A DNA stretch of 64,000 bases, taken from NCBI GenBank assembly GCA_964592785.1, contig CAZQHU010000003.1:3901-67900 (forward strand). The letters run 5' to 3'. The DNA comes from an uncultured Gammaproteobacteria bacterium (lineage in GTDB: Bacteria > Patescibacteriota > Patescibacteriia > Magasanikbacterales > UBA922). The number at the start of each line of letters is the position of its first letter. Position 1 is the stretch's first letter. Both the position numbers and the translations under genes were made by a program. Below are positions 53,353 to 62,302 of this stretch, one piece after another. The notes beneath the pieces were generated by a model. The model ran no database searches. It was not told where the DNA came from and saw nothing but the letters and a program-made list of their open reading frames with translations.

Positions 53353-53951
53353 GTGAAGAAGAAAGAAGTAGAGAATTAGCTTATTTAGAAACTTTAACAA
53401 CTCTACAAAGCAGAGCTGACATTGAAAATGGTAGGGTAATATACCAAAAACAAAATTTAGTTTTCTCCCCTTTTCTCTACGAAAACACCAAACAAATAGT
53501 CCAATCACGACAAGAAACAAGAGGAATTATTTTATCCAATCAACAAACAACTGGTGACAAAAAGTTTTTTCTGGCCCTATACATGCAAATACTAGGAATG
53601 GGAGATGAAGTAAGTGTCTATGTTGATCCTGATAAGAAAAAAGCTATAATGGAACTACTACAAAGACACCCTGAGTTAAAAGCTGTTGAATTCCACAGCC
53701 ACACTACAGAGACAGGTAAAATATGGGAACAAAGATTTTCTCCTGGCGATTACAATTCAATACACCAAATGCGAAAGAAAAATCCAGATTATACCCACGT
53801 ATTATTTACTCCAACACATATTCTAACAAACGGTAGAGAAAAAACCTCTTTTGTGTTGGCTAGATCTGGAGCTGACCAAACTCCTCATGAAGAAAATTAT
53901 GAAAGATTTGATACTGAATACAGAAGTATTTTAGAAAGAATAAAACAATAA
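53349..53951 (+). CDS. Hypothetical protein with a JAB/JAMM-like motif
   Basis: ETRG...FHSHT...FSPGD. Confidence 0.6.
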   Translation: MSEEERSRELAYLETLTTLQSRADIENGRVIYQKQNLVFSPFLYENTKQIVQSRQETRGIILSNQQTTGDKKFFLALYMQILGMGDEVSVYVDPDKKKAIMELLQRHPELKAVEFHSHTTETGKIWEQRFSPGDYNSIHQMRKKNPDYTHVLFTPTHILTNGREKTSFVLARSGADQTPHEENYERFDTEYRSILERIKQ

Positions 53952-53952
53952 T

Positions 53953-54681
53953 ATGAACTCTGAACCCCAAACTCGGAACCCTGAACTCCCAAAAGGACTC
54001 TTCATCATGATCGAAGGCACAGACGGTTCAGGCAAAAGCCTGCAAACCGGTCTTTTGCTTGAACGGCTAAAAAAAGAAGGAAAAGATGTGGAACAAATAA
54101 GCTTTCCTCAATATGGAGAAAAAAGCGCTGGTTTAGTTGAATCCTATTTAAATGGTGAATTTGGCACTGCCCAAGAAGTTGGACCTTATCGTGCTTCTAT
54201 TCTTTATGCTGTAGATCGTTTTGCCGCCGCTCCAAAAATCAAACAATGGTTAGAGGCTGGAAAAATAGTAATCGCCAATCGCTATGTAGCTTCCAATATG
54301 GGACACCAAGGCGGAAAAATAAAAAATGAAGAAGAAAGAAAAAAATATTTTGAATGGAATTATAATTTGGAATACAATATTTTGGGAATTCCTCGTCCTC
54401 AAGTAAACTTAATTCTTCATGTCACTCCAGAAATTTCTCAACAACTGGTTGATAAAAAGGATGAACGTGAATATCTGCATGGGAAAAAAAGAGATATTCA
54501 CGAAGATGACCTAAGCCATCTTCACGATGCTGAACAAGCATATTTAAATATTGCCAAACTGTATCCAGAATTTAAACTGGTTGAATGTGTAAAAAACGAC
54601 CAAATCTTACCTCCAGAGGAAATTCATGCTATAATATGGGAAGAAATAAATAAACATTTAATTCAAAAGCCTAAAAGCTAA
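53953..54681 (+). CDS. tmk: Thymidylate kinase
   Basis: IEGTDGSGKS, SFPQY, YAVDR, NRYVASN. Confidence 0.95.
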   Translation: MNSEPQTRNPELPKGLFIMIEGTDGSGKSLQTGLLLERLKKEGKDVEQISFPQYGEKSAGLVESYLNGEFGTAQEVGPYRASILYAVDRFAAAPKIKQWLEAGKIVIANRYVASNMGHQGGKIKNEEERKKYFEWNYNLEYNILGIPRPQVNLILHVTPEISQQLVDKKDEREYLHGKKRDIHEDDLSHLHDAEQAYLNIAKLYPEFKLVECVKNDQILPPEEIHAIIWEEINKHLIQKPKS

Positions 54682-54707
54682 CAGCTAGAAGCTATAAGCT
54701 AAAAAAT

Positions 54708-55499
54708 ATGTTAATCAAAGCTTCGGAAATAATCACTCAAAGCCTGGAACTTTACCAGAAAAATTATAAAGTAATTGGCCGTTATTTATTGCTTTTATTT
54801 ATCCCGACTGCCTTACTTACTCTAGTGGAATTGTTTTTTGGTTCCACTACCGGAGTTTTTCTAATTTTTGGTTTAAGCGCGCCGCTTTTTGTTTATTTTG
54901 CTTTTATCATTATTGCTTCTTTGGTAACCATGTGGCTTACTATCGCCCTATCTAGAAATATTTATTCAGAATATTCCACTAACCAGAGTCTGTCCATCAA
55001 ACCAGAACTACAAAAGAGCCTACATCTTGTTTTACCGGCTATTCTTGTTTCTATTTTAACTTTTTTAATTATTACCGGTGGCATGATTTTGTTAATTATC
55101 CCCGGAATAATTTTTGCAGTCTGGCTCGCTTTTTCATTTTACGCAGTAATTTTGGATGAACACAAAGCTACTGAATCATTAACCCTCAGTAAAAATTTGG
55201 TAAAAGGACGCTGGTGGCCAGTACTCTGGAGATTATTTGCTCCGGCAGCTGTTTTTGGTGTCTTCCTACTCCTGGTACAATGGTTGGTAGCCATACCCGT
55301 AGAAATGATTGTCAACAATGTTACTGAAGGAAGTTTGGCTTTCAATATTTGGCTAACTTTCTTTTCTCTAGTAGGCGTGGCTTTGGCTTTGGCTTTTACC
55401 CCGCTTACTTCGGCTGCCACTATTATTCTTTATCAGGAATTGAAAAAAACTCCCATTCAACAGCCTGAACCAATTTCAGAAACTTTGAACGAAAATTAA
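54708..55499 (+). CDS. Multi-pass membrane protein
   Basis: LLIIPGIIF-x-VW, S-x2-LVKGRWW. Confidence 0.8.
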   Translation: MLIKASEIITQSLELYQKNYKVIGRYLLLLFIPTALLTLVELFFGSTTGVFLIFGLSAPLFVYFAFIIIASLVTMWLTIALSRNIYSEYSTNQSLSIKPELQKSLHLVLPAILVSILTFLIITGGMILLIIPGIIFAVWLAFSFYAVILDEHKATESLTLSKNLVKGRWWPVLWRLFAPAAVFGVFLLLVQWLVAIPVEMIVNNVTEGSLAFNIWLTFFSLVGVALALAFTPLTSAATIILYQELKKTPIQQPEPISETLNEN

Positions 55500-55503
55500 A
55501 ATT

Positions 55504-57081
55504 ATGAATGAAAAATACGTGGCAATTATTGGCATGGAGGTTCATGTAGAACTCAAAACCAAGAGCAAAATGTTTTGCTCTTGTTTTAACGATCCTCTCG
55601 CAAAAGAACCAAATACCAATATCTGCCCCATCTGTCTGGCTCACCCTGGCACTCTACCTGTACCCAATAAACAAGCTATTGTTTGGACAGTTTTGATTGG
55701 TAAAGCATTGAATTGTCAGATTCGTGAATTATCCAAATTTGATCGCAAACATTATTTTTATCCAGATCTACCAAAAGGTTACCAAATTTCCCAATACGAC
55801 GAACCGATTGCTGAGCGTGGCTTCATCGCTCTCAAATTTCCGCTTGAAGAAAATATTCGACAAGAAGCCAGGATTGGCATTACCAGAGTTCACCTAGAAG
55901 AAGATACAGCTAAACTTTTACATGATAACGATGGTTCAACCCTAGTTGATTTCAATCGCGCCGGCACCCCACTAGTAGAGATAGTTACTGACCCAGATTT
56001 CAAAACTGCCATTGAAGCCAAGACCTACTGTCAAGAATTACGCGCCATTTTTAGATATTTGGAAGTAAGCGATGCTGACATGGAAAAAGGTCAGATGCGT
56101 TGTGAGGCCAATGTCTCGGTTCAAGAAGCTGGAAAATTTGAAATTGTTGACGGTGTGGTCAAACCTCTAGGTGACTATAAACTAAACAATAAAATAGAAG
56201 TAAAAAATATTAATTCTTTCCGGGCGGTGGAAAAAGCCATTGAGTTTGAAATTCAAAGACAGATTAAACTACTCGAAGAAGAAGAAAATTGGGGTCAAGA
56301 AACTCGTGGCTGGGATGAGAACAAAGGAGAAACTGTTTTACAACGGGTAAAAGAAAATGCTGCTGACTATCGTTATTTTCCTGATCCAGATATTCCCCCC
56401 TTTCACCCACTCAAAATCGCCACCGCCTCGAAGCGGGGCACCGCTGTAGCGATGGCTGGAAAAATTTCTCTGCCAGAATTACCCTCACAAAAAAGAAATC
56501 GCTTTCATGAAGAGCTGGGTTTTTCCTACGCGGATGCACAAATTTTGACTGAAAATAGAGAACTGGCAAATTTTACTGAAAATGTTATGACTGAACTCCA
56601 AGAATGGCTAGACGAAATGCCGGAAAGCAAAAACAAAGCTGAAGATTTGCCTCAAAAAATGGCGCGCTTAGCCGGCGGTTGGATTACTAGCAAACTTTTA
56701 GGAATTTTAAATGAAAAAAATCTCTCAATAGCTGATATAAAATTTACCCCGGAAAATTTTGCTGAGTTAATCGCTCTTATCTATAATAACCGAGTCAATT
56801 CTACCAATGCTTATAAAATTCTCTTAATCATGGTTGGTTCTGACAAAGATAAAGACCCTACTCATATTTTGGAAGATAAAGGTTGGGGCCAAGTAGCTGA
56901 TGAAAATAAACTAAGCGAAGTAATAGTTGAAGTAGTCAAAAGTTACCCGCAACAAGTTGAACAATTTCGGACAGGCAAAGAACCAGTACTCCAATTTCTC
57001 AAAGGCATGGTCATGAAAGCCACCGAAGGCTCGGCTGATCCAGAAGTGGTGGAGAAGTTGTTAAGGGAGAAATTGAAATAA
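55504..57081 (+). CDS. gatB: Asp/Glu-tRNA amidotransferase subunit B
   Basis: GMEVHVEL, YFYPDLPKGYQISQ, DFNRAG, DYRYFPDPD. Confidence 0.98.
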   Translation: MNEKYVAIIGMEVHVELKTKSKMFCSCFNDPLAKEPNTNICPICLAHPGTLPVPNKQAIVWTVLIGKALNCQIRELSKFDRKHYFYPDLPKGYQISQYDEPIAERGFIALKFPLEENIRQEARIGITRVHLEEDTAKLLHDNDGSTLVDFNRAGTPLVEIVTDPDFKTAIEAKTYCQELRAIFRYLEVSDADMEKGQMRCEANVSVQEAGKFEIVDGVVKPLGDYKLNNKIEVKNINSFRAVEKAIEFEIQRQIKLLEEEENWGQETRGWDENKGETVLQRVKENAADYRYFPDPDIPPFHPLKIATASKRGTAVAMAGKISLPELPSQKRNRFHEELGFSYADAQILTENRELANFTENVMTELQEWLDEMPESKNKAEDLPQKMARLAGGWITSKLLGILNEKNLSIADIKFTPENFAELIALIYNNRVNSTNAYKILLIMVGSDKDKDPTHILEDKGWGQVADENKLSEVIVEVVKSYPQQVEQFRTGKEPVLQFLKGMVMKATEGSADPEVVEKLLREKLK

Positions 57082-57348
57082 ATAAAAACAAAAAATATCC
57101 ACAGTTCTATTTGTCTCATAAATAAAAATTTGGTACACTTGGACACGGTATGAATAAAACGCCATTCAAAAAGAAAAGAAAAGCCCCAGAACAATTTTTA
57201 AATTTTATTATTTCCAATCCCGACATTTAGTCGGGATTTTTTTATCAAGAAATTTATCGGTACAAGTATAAGTTTAGGACCAAACCGGTCCAAAATAACT
57301 TTCTTGCATCGAGATGCTCTTGGTAAAACTCAAACCAATAGGTGCAAT

Positions 57349-57612
57349 ATGTCCAGTCAGCTCATGCCCCCGGCTCCGGCTCAGGTAATCGTGGACGCCA
57401 ACTGGGATGAATGGGTGGAGAAGTACAGTGGTCTCCCGATCGTGCCCATTCAAGTGGAATTTCGTTTCACCTACCCCACCTTGTTTGGATGCGGTTGTTC
57501 CGGCACTCAATTCATCTGCACTTTCAACAGTGCGGGCATCCTCACCCACAACCGCTGTCCTCGACAGATCGAAGTCCACCGCAAATACTTCAACAGACCA
57601 CAAGCCAATTGA
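57349..57612 (+). CDS. GC-rich orphan small Cys-containing protein
   Basis: 87 aa; terminator-like hairpin GCCGACCC-TTCG-GGGTCGGC downstream. Confidence 0.5.
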   Translation: MSSQLMPPAPAQVIVDANWDEWVEKYSGLPIVPIQVEFRFTYPTLFGCGCSGTQFICTFNSAGILTHNRCPRQIEVHRKYFNRPQAN

Positions 57613-57670
57613 CCAATTCCAAGAGCGAAAAGCCGACCCTTCGGGGTCGGCTTCGCCTTTTTTAAAAAAT

Positions 57671-58372
57671 TTAATGTGGAAGATTGTCTGTAAACTTTTT
57701 CAAATCTCTGGCATCTTCCAAGCTAATCACTCCTTTACGGCGATCCCGCTCTATTTGCATTTTTATTCCTTTACGAACCTGCCTGCCCAGCCCTGTACCC
57801 ACGCGCACTTTGGTAGCATGTTTTTCCACCAAATCAAGAAAATATTTCCTATCACTTTTATCAAGATGTTTGAAAGAAGCCCGCGATTGTTTTTGAGCGG
57901 TTTTGAAAAATTTACGATCCAACCCAACTTGAAACTTGCGGCCAAATCCCGTGCCAGTAGTCACGCCGATATCATATTTATTTGGCTCTGGTTTGGCTGA
58001 TAAGGCACTCGCTTCTGCTTCTTTTTTTTGGCGTCTGGCCATTGCCAAGCGACGCACATATTCATAACGCTTATCATCTGCCTCAGAATCAGAGTTGGTT
58101 GATTCTTGATTCAAATCTCTTTTTTTACCATTTATTGAAGTGGAAACTGTATTTTTGTTATTCAAACGTGAAATAGAACTCAAAGCTCTGGCGCCAGGAT
58201 TACTTACTTGATTAGTAGAAACTTTGGCGTTGTCTATGCTCTTCTGATAATTGAGCCGAGACACGGAAAGATTTTGCGCTCGAGGATTGACGCCCCCCAT
58301 CCGACCCGAAGCAAAGCTAGAACCACTAGCCAAAGAAGGGGTCAAAGAATTTAAAGGTTTAATAGCAACCAT
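57671..58372 (-). CDS. Basic hypothetical protein
   Basis: Directly follows miaA; long ORF. Confidence 0.7.
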   Translation of the reverse strand: MVAIKPLNSLTPSLASGSSFASGRMGGVNPRAQNLSVSRLNYQKSIDNAKVSTNQVSNPGARALSSISRLNNKNTVSTSINGKKRDLNQESTNSDSEADDKRYEYVRRLAMARRQKKEAEASALSAKPEPNKYDIGVTTGTGFGRKFQVGLDRKFFKTAQKQSRASFKHLDKSDRKYFLDLVEKHATKVRVGTGLGRQVRKGIKMQIERDRRKGVISLEDARDLKKFTDNLPH

Positions 58373-58381
58373 AAAAAACAT

Positions 58382-59317
58382 TTAATTTTTCAAAAAATCA
58401 TCAACTATAACTTCTGCTTCTGACAAATTTTCCACCCACTGAATATTTTTATTTTTACGAAACCAAGTGAGCTGACGTTTGGCATACTGCCTAGTATCTT
58501 TTTTGAGTTTTTCTACTGCTTGCTCCAAGGAAATTTGTCCTTCAAAATAATCTTTAAATTGTCGGTAACCAATACCACTCATGCTGGGTAAACTCCAGGC
58601 GTATTTTTGCTTTAATAAACTCTTTACTTCTTCAAGCAAGCCCTTTTCAATTTGTTCTTCTGTTCTTTTTTCAATATTATTATACAATAATTCTCGGGGT
58701 CTGGCTATGCCAATTTGTAAAAAATCAAACAAAGGTTCACCTTGTTTTTTTTGTTGTGAAAAAGATTCACCAGTGGTCAGAGTGACTTCCAACGCCCTCA
58801 CCAAACGTCGTTTGTTTTTGGTGTCAATCTTCGCAAAAGTATCTGGATCCATTTTTTTCAACCAAACTTGTAATTCTTCCAAACTTTTATTTTCCAAACT
58901 TTCACGCAATTTTTTATTGGGAACAACCTTGGGAATATGAAAATTATTCACCAAAGCATCAAGATAGAGCCCGGTGCCACCTATGACTATTGGTAAACGA
59001 TTGTTTTGCAAAGCCAATTTAATATATTTAACGGCCTTGTCGCGAAATTCAGCTACAGTAAAAATCTTCCCCGGATCTAAAAAATCCAATAAATGATGCG
59101 GAATACCCCGAACAAAATAAGTTCGACGCAAGCCATTCCAACGCCATTCCCCTGGCTCTTTGGCTGTGCCAATACTCATTTTTTTATAAATTTGCCGAGA
59201 ATCTGCAGAAATTATTTCACCATTATATTTTTCAGCCAAATCCAAACTCCAAGCCGTCTTACCGCTGGCTGTCGGTCCACAAATTACAATAACTTTGGGC
59301 AATTTATTTTTTGACAT
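58382..59317 (-). CDS. miaA: tRNA dimethylallyltransferase
   Basis: GPTASGKT, SADSRQIY, GGTGLY, YAKRQLTW. Confidence 0.98.
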   Translation of the reverse strand: MSKNKLPKVIVICGPTASGKTAWSLDLAEKYNGEIISADSRQIYKKMSIGTAKEPGEWRWNGLRRTYFVRGIPHHLLDFLDPGKIFTVAEFRDKAVKYIKLALQNNRLPIVIGGTGLYLDALVNNFHIPKVVPNKKLRESLENKSLEELQVWLKKMDPDTFAKIDTKNKRRLVRALEVTLTTGESFSQQKKQGEPLFDFLQIGIARPRELLYNNIEKRTEEQIEKGLLEEVKSLLKQKYAWSLPSMSGIGYRQFKDYFEGQISLEQAVEKLKKDTRQYAKRQLTWFRKNKNIQWVENLSEAEVIVDDFLKN

Positions 59318-59332
59318 TTTATTTTTTAGTTT

Positions 59333-60673
59333 TTAATTCGCCAATTTTCCGTATAATATCCATTCCCCAGCTTCCACTATTTCTACTGTCAAAATTTGTC
59401 CGATCATTTCTTCTGCACCAGGGAGACAAACCAATTTCATTTCATTTGAATTGCCATAGATATAGCCATCCTCATACCTATCTGCCAAAACTGAAACCTT
59501 TTTTCCAAGATATTTTTGATTTTTTTTAAAAACTGTTTCTTCCATCAAATCTTGTAATATTTGCCAGCGTCTTTTCTTTTCTTCACGGCTAATATCATCC
59601 AAAAACTTTTTGGCTGCCACTGTGCCACTTCGTTCACTATACATGGCATGATAAGAAATATCAAACTCGCACTGATGATACAAACCCACAGTATTTTGAA
59701 ATTGTTCCTCGGTTTCTCCACAAAAGCCCACGATGATATCAGTCCCCAAAGCCATATCTGGGCGAACTTGTTTGATTTTTTTTATCAATTCAAGATATTG
59801 TTCTCGGGTATATTTACGGTTCATCTTTTTGAGTATTTCATTATCGCCAGATTGTACTGGTAAATGCAAATAATTCACTTGATGTGACAATTTCAAAGCC
59901 TCAATCTGATAATCACTAAAATATTGAGGGTCGGCCGCTGTCCAGTTTATCCTCTCTATACCCTCTATTTGATTTATTTCCCAAAGTAAAGCTGAAAAAT
60001 CATCTTTTTCAGCAAACAAATTACCCTCACTCAATAGTCCATAGTCCGTAGTCTGTAGTCGATAATTATTCACCACTTGACCAAGCAATGTCACTTCTTT
60101 ACAACCATGTTTGGCTAAATCTCTAATTTCATCCAAAATACTTTTCAAAGAACGATTTTTCTCTCGACCGCGGGCATAAGGTACAACGCAATAGGTACAA
60201 AAATTATCACAACCAGTCTGAATACTGACAAAAGCGCGAAAATTTTCTGCACGCTTGGGTATAAACTGCCAATAATTTTCCAAATCAGTAAAATCTGTAT
60301 TAAATAAATCCGGATTGAATTCACGCAAACGTTTCGGAAGCTGAGGCAAATCGTCTATGGGGAAAAACCAATCTACGCCTGGTAATTTCTTTTGTAGTTT
60401 TCCGTCTTTATCACGCCCTGGCATACAGCCGGTCACGCCGATAAATAAATTCGCTTTATTTTTTCTAAATTTTTGCCATTCACGTACAAAACCAAAAACC
60501 CGATCTTCAGCCTGTTGGCGCACGCTACAAGTATTGATCAACAAAACTTCGGCTTCCTCCGGCTCCTCTGCTTCACTTAAACCCAAACTAGACAATAAGC
60601 CAACAATTCTTTCTGAATCATTTTTGTTCATCTGACATCCGAAAGTTAAGATGTGATATTTATGCTTTTCCAT
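59333..60673 (-). CDS. miaB: tRNA methylthiotransferase MiaB
   Basis: TFGCQMN, NTCSVR, GCDNFCTYC, HLPVQSG. Confidence 0.92.
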   Translation of the reverse strand: MEKHKYHILTFGCQMNKNDSERIVGLLSSLGLSEAEEPEEAEVLLINTCSVRQQAEDRVFGFVREWQKFRKNKANLFIGVTGCMPGRDKDGKLQKKLPGVDWFFPIDDLPQLPKRLREFNPDLFNTDFTDLENYWQFIPKRAENFRAFVSIQTGCDNFCTYCVVPYARGREKNRSLKSILDEIRDLAKHGCKEVTLLGQVVNNYRLQTTDYGLLSEGNLFAEKDDFSALLWEINQIEGIERINWTAADPQYFSDYQIEALKLSHQVNYLHLPVQSGDNEILKKMNRKYTREQYLELIKKIKQVRPDMALGTDIIVGFCGETEEQFQNTVGLYHQCEFDISYHAMYSERSGTVAAKKFLDDISREEKKRRWQILQDLMEETVFKKNQKYLGKKVSVLADRYEDGYIYGNSNEMKLVCLPGAEEMIGQILTVEIVEAGEWILYGKLAN

Positions 60674-60798
60674 ATGGGGGTATATTATAGACAGGTAAAT
60701 AAAAAAAAGCAACAGTTAGCTAAATTTAGCTAAAAAAATTGACAAATCAGCTAAAATATGATATAATCTCTTTAGATTATAAATTTTAACCAAAAAAT

Positions 60799-61470
60799 AT
60801 GACTGTAGCTTCTCATGAAATAACTCCAAATCATCCAAGACCAAAAAGAAAAAAACATGAAGACCCTGATTTTGCAGGTTTGCCTTTAGATCCAAAAGCA
60901 CCAAATTGGAAAGAATTAGCACAAAGAACAGATGAACAGGATGCAATAAACCGTGAAAAAAGAGCAAAAATATTCAATTTAAAAAAAGAGCTAGGATTGG
61001 GTCGGGTAAATGTGGAAGAACGAGCAGCAAAAGAATCACGTGAACAAGCTGCTATACATGCCGAAGATCAAGCCAAATTAGAAGAATTAAAAGAAAGATT
61101 TGGTCTGAGTAAAAAAACAGCCGAACCAAATGTCCAAGAATCAACTGAAAACACATCACATTTAACAGTTGATCAAATTCTTGGGGCAGCTGCTTCTGGC
61201 TCTTTGAGCGATATTGAAATAATAACCCCAGCTGATAGAAATATTTTTGACCAAGCTTGGCAAAAAGCTTCCAGTCAAGTAGAAGAAGAGGATGCCCAAA
61301 CCAGTTTTTTTGGTAAATTGAAAAGAATGTTTTCAAAACCAAGTCAAATAGAAAAAACTTTTGATATCCTAGAAAATCGCCGAATAGAACTTGATGGTGG
61401 ACATGCTGGAGAAATGGCCAGAAAAATTCTTGACCAACGTGAAAAAGAATATCCTGAATTGGAAAGATAA
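60799..61470 (+). CDS. Charged hypothetical protein
   Basis: TTGACA-N17-TATAAT promoter at 60739; 223-aa ORF. Confidence 0.7.
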   Translation: MTVASHEITPNHPRPKRKKHEDPDFAGLPLDPKAPNWKELAQRTDEQDAINREKRAKIFNLKKELGLGRVNVEERAAKESREQAAIHAEDQAKLEELKERFGLSKKTAEPNVQESTENTSHLTVDQILGAAASGSLSDIEIITPADRNIFDQAWQKASSQVEEEDAQTSFFGKLKRMFSKPSQIEKTFDILENRRIELDGGHAGEMARKILDQREKEYPELER

Positions 61471-61482
61471 AAAAATAAATCC

Positions 61483-61582
61483 AAAACCCCCAGGCTTCAC
61501 TTCGTTACGCCTGGTAAACTAGTATAATTATTACAATACTAGCTTGCCAGGCGTAGCCCGAAGGGCGAAGCCTGGGGGTTTT
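61483..61582. repeat. REP doublet (CCAGGCTTC..TACGCCTGG / CCAGGCGTAGCCCGAAGGGCGAAGCCTGG) forming a terminator-like hairpin
   Basis: Long imperfect inverted repeat between convergent genes. Confidence 0.7.
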
Positions 61583-62298
61583 TATTCCAAAATATATTCA
61601 AAATTACTCCTTTGCCAAAAACGCAGACGACTAGCCACAGAATGCTCCCCAATAGCAAATTTCCCTTCTTGGGGTGCCCAGACAAAATACTGCGACAAGG
61701 CCGCGCTTTTTTTCTCCAATATCTTGTTATTCAATCTGATCTGTAATTGTGGTGTCAAAAAATCAGTATAAAAATGTTTTTCCTGTATAGGAAAATCACG
61801 CAAAGCCTTTTCCAAAGCCAAATGATCCCCATGAGGATAAAAAGAATACCGCGAATCGCCAATAATAGTAATATAAATACCATCGCCAAAACGTTCAAAA
61901 ATCTGACCAATAACCTCAGTCGCCTGCTCTCTAGCAAGCTGGCCGTCACGATATTTTGGATTTTTGCTCGAAGTATTAGCAAAAATAATATTTTCTTTTT
62001 TGACACCCAATTTTAACATCGAACGAATAAATTCATCATTGCGTGACTGGCTAAAAAACTCTCTGTTAAAATCACGATAACCCTGTTTTACAAATACAGA
62101 TCGAACAGCCGAAGCCCCACCATCAGTCACCATGATCACCTTCACTTCCTGACCTTGTTCCAAATAAGAAATAATTCCTCCAGCCAAAATCATTTCATCA
62201 TCTTGATGTGGTAAAAAGAAAAACACTGGCAATTCTTTGGCTGAAACCGAAAAAACTAAAAATAAACTCAAAATAATAAATAAAACTACCCTCCCCAT
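61582..62298 (-). CDS. PIG-L family deacetylase
   Basis: PHQDDE, VTDG, R-x2-E, HGDH. Confidence 0.9.
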   Translation of the reverse strand: MGRVVLFIILSLFLVFSVSAKELPVFFFLPHQDDEMILAGGIISYLEQGQEVKVIMVTDGGASAVRSVFVKQGYRDFNREFFSQSRNDEFIRSMLKLGVKKENIIFANTSSKNPKYRDGQLAREQATEVIGQIFERFGDGIYITIIGDSRYSFYPHGDHLALEKALRDFPIQEKHFYTDFLTPQLQIRLNNKILEKKSAALSQYFVWAPQEGKFAIGEHSVASRLRFWQRSNFEYILE

Positions 62299-62302
62299 AA
62301 AA

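Noticed and set aside
57150-57243. Tiny ORF (MNKTPFKKKRK...) followed by a hairpin, as a possible leader peptide
   Set aside because: No clear regulatory codon run or cognate downstream operon; the hairpin is adequately explained as the gatB terminator.
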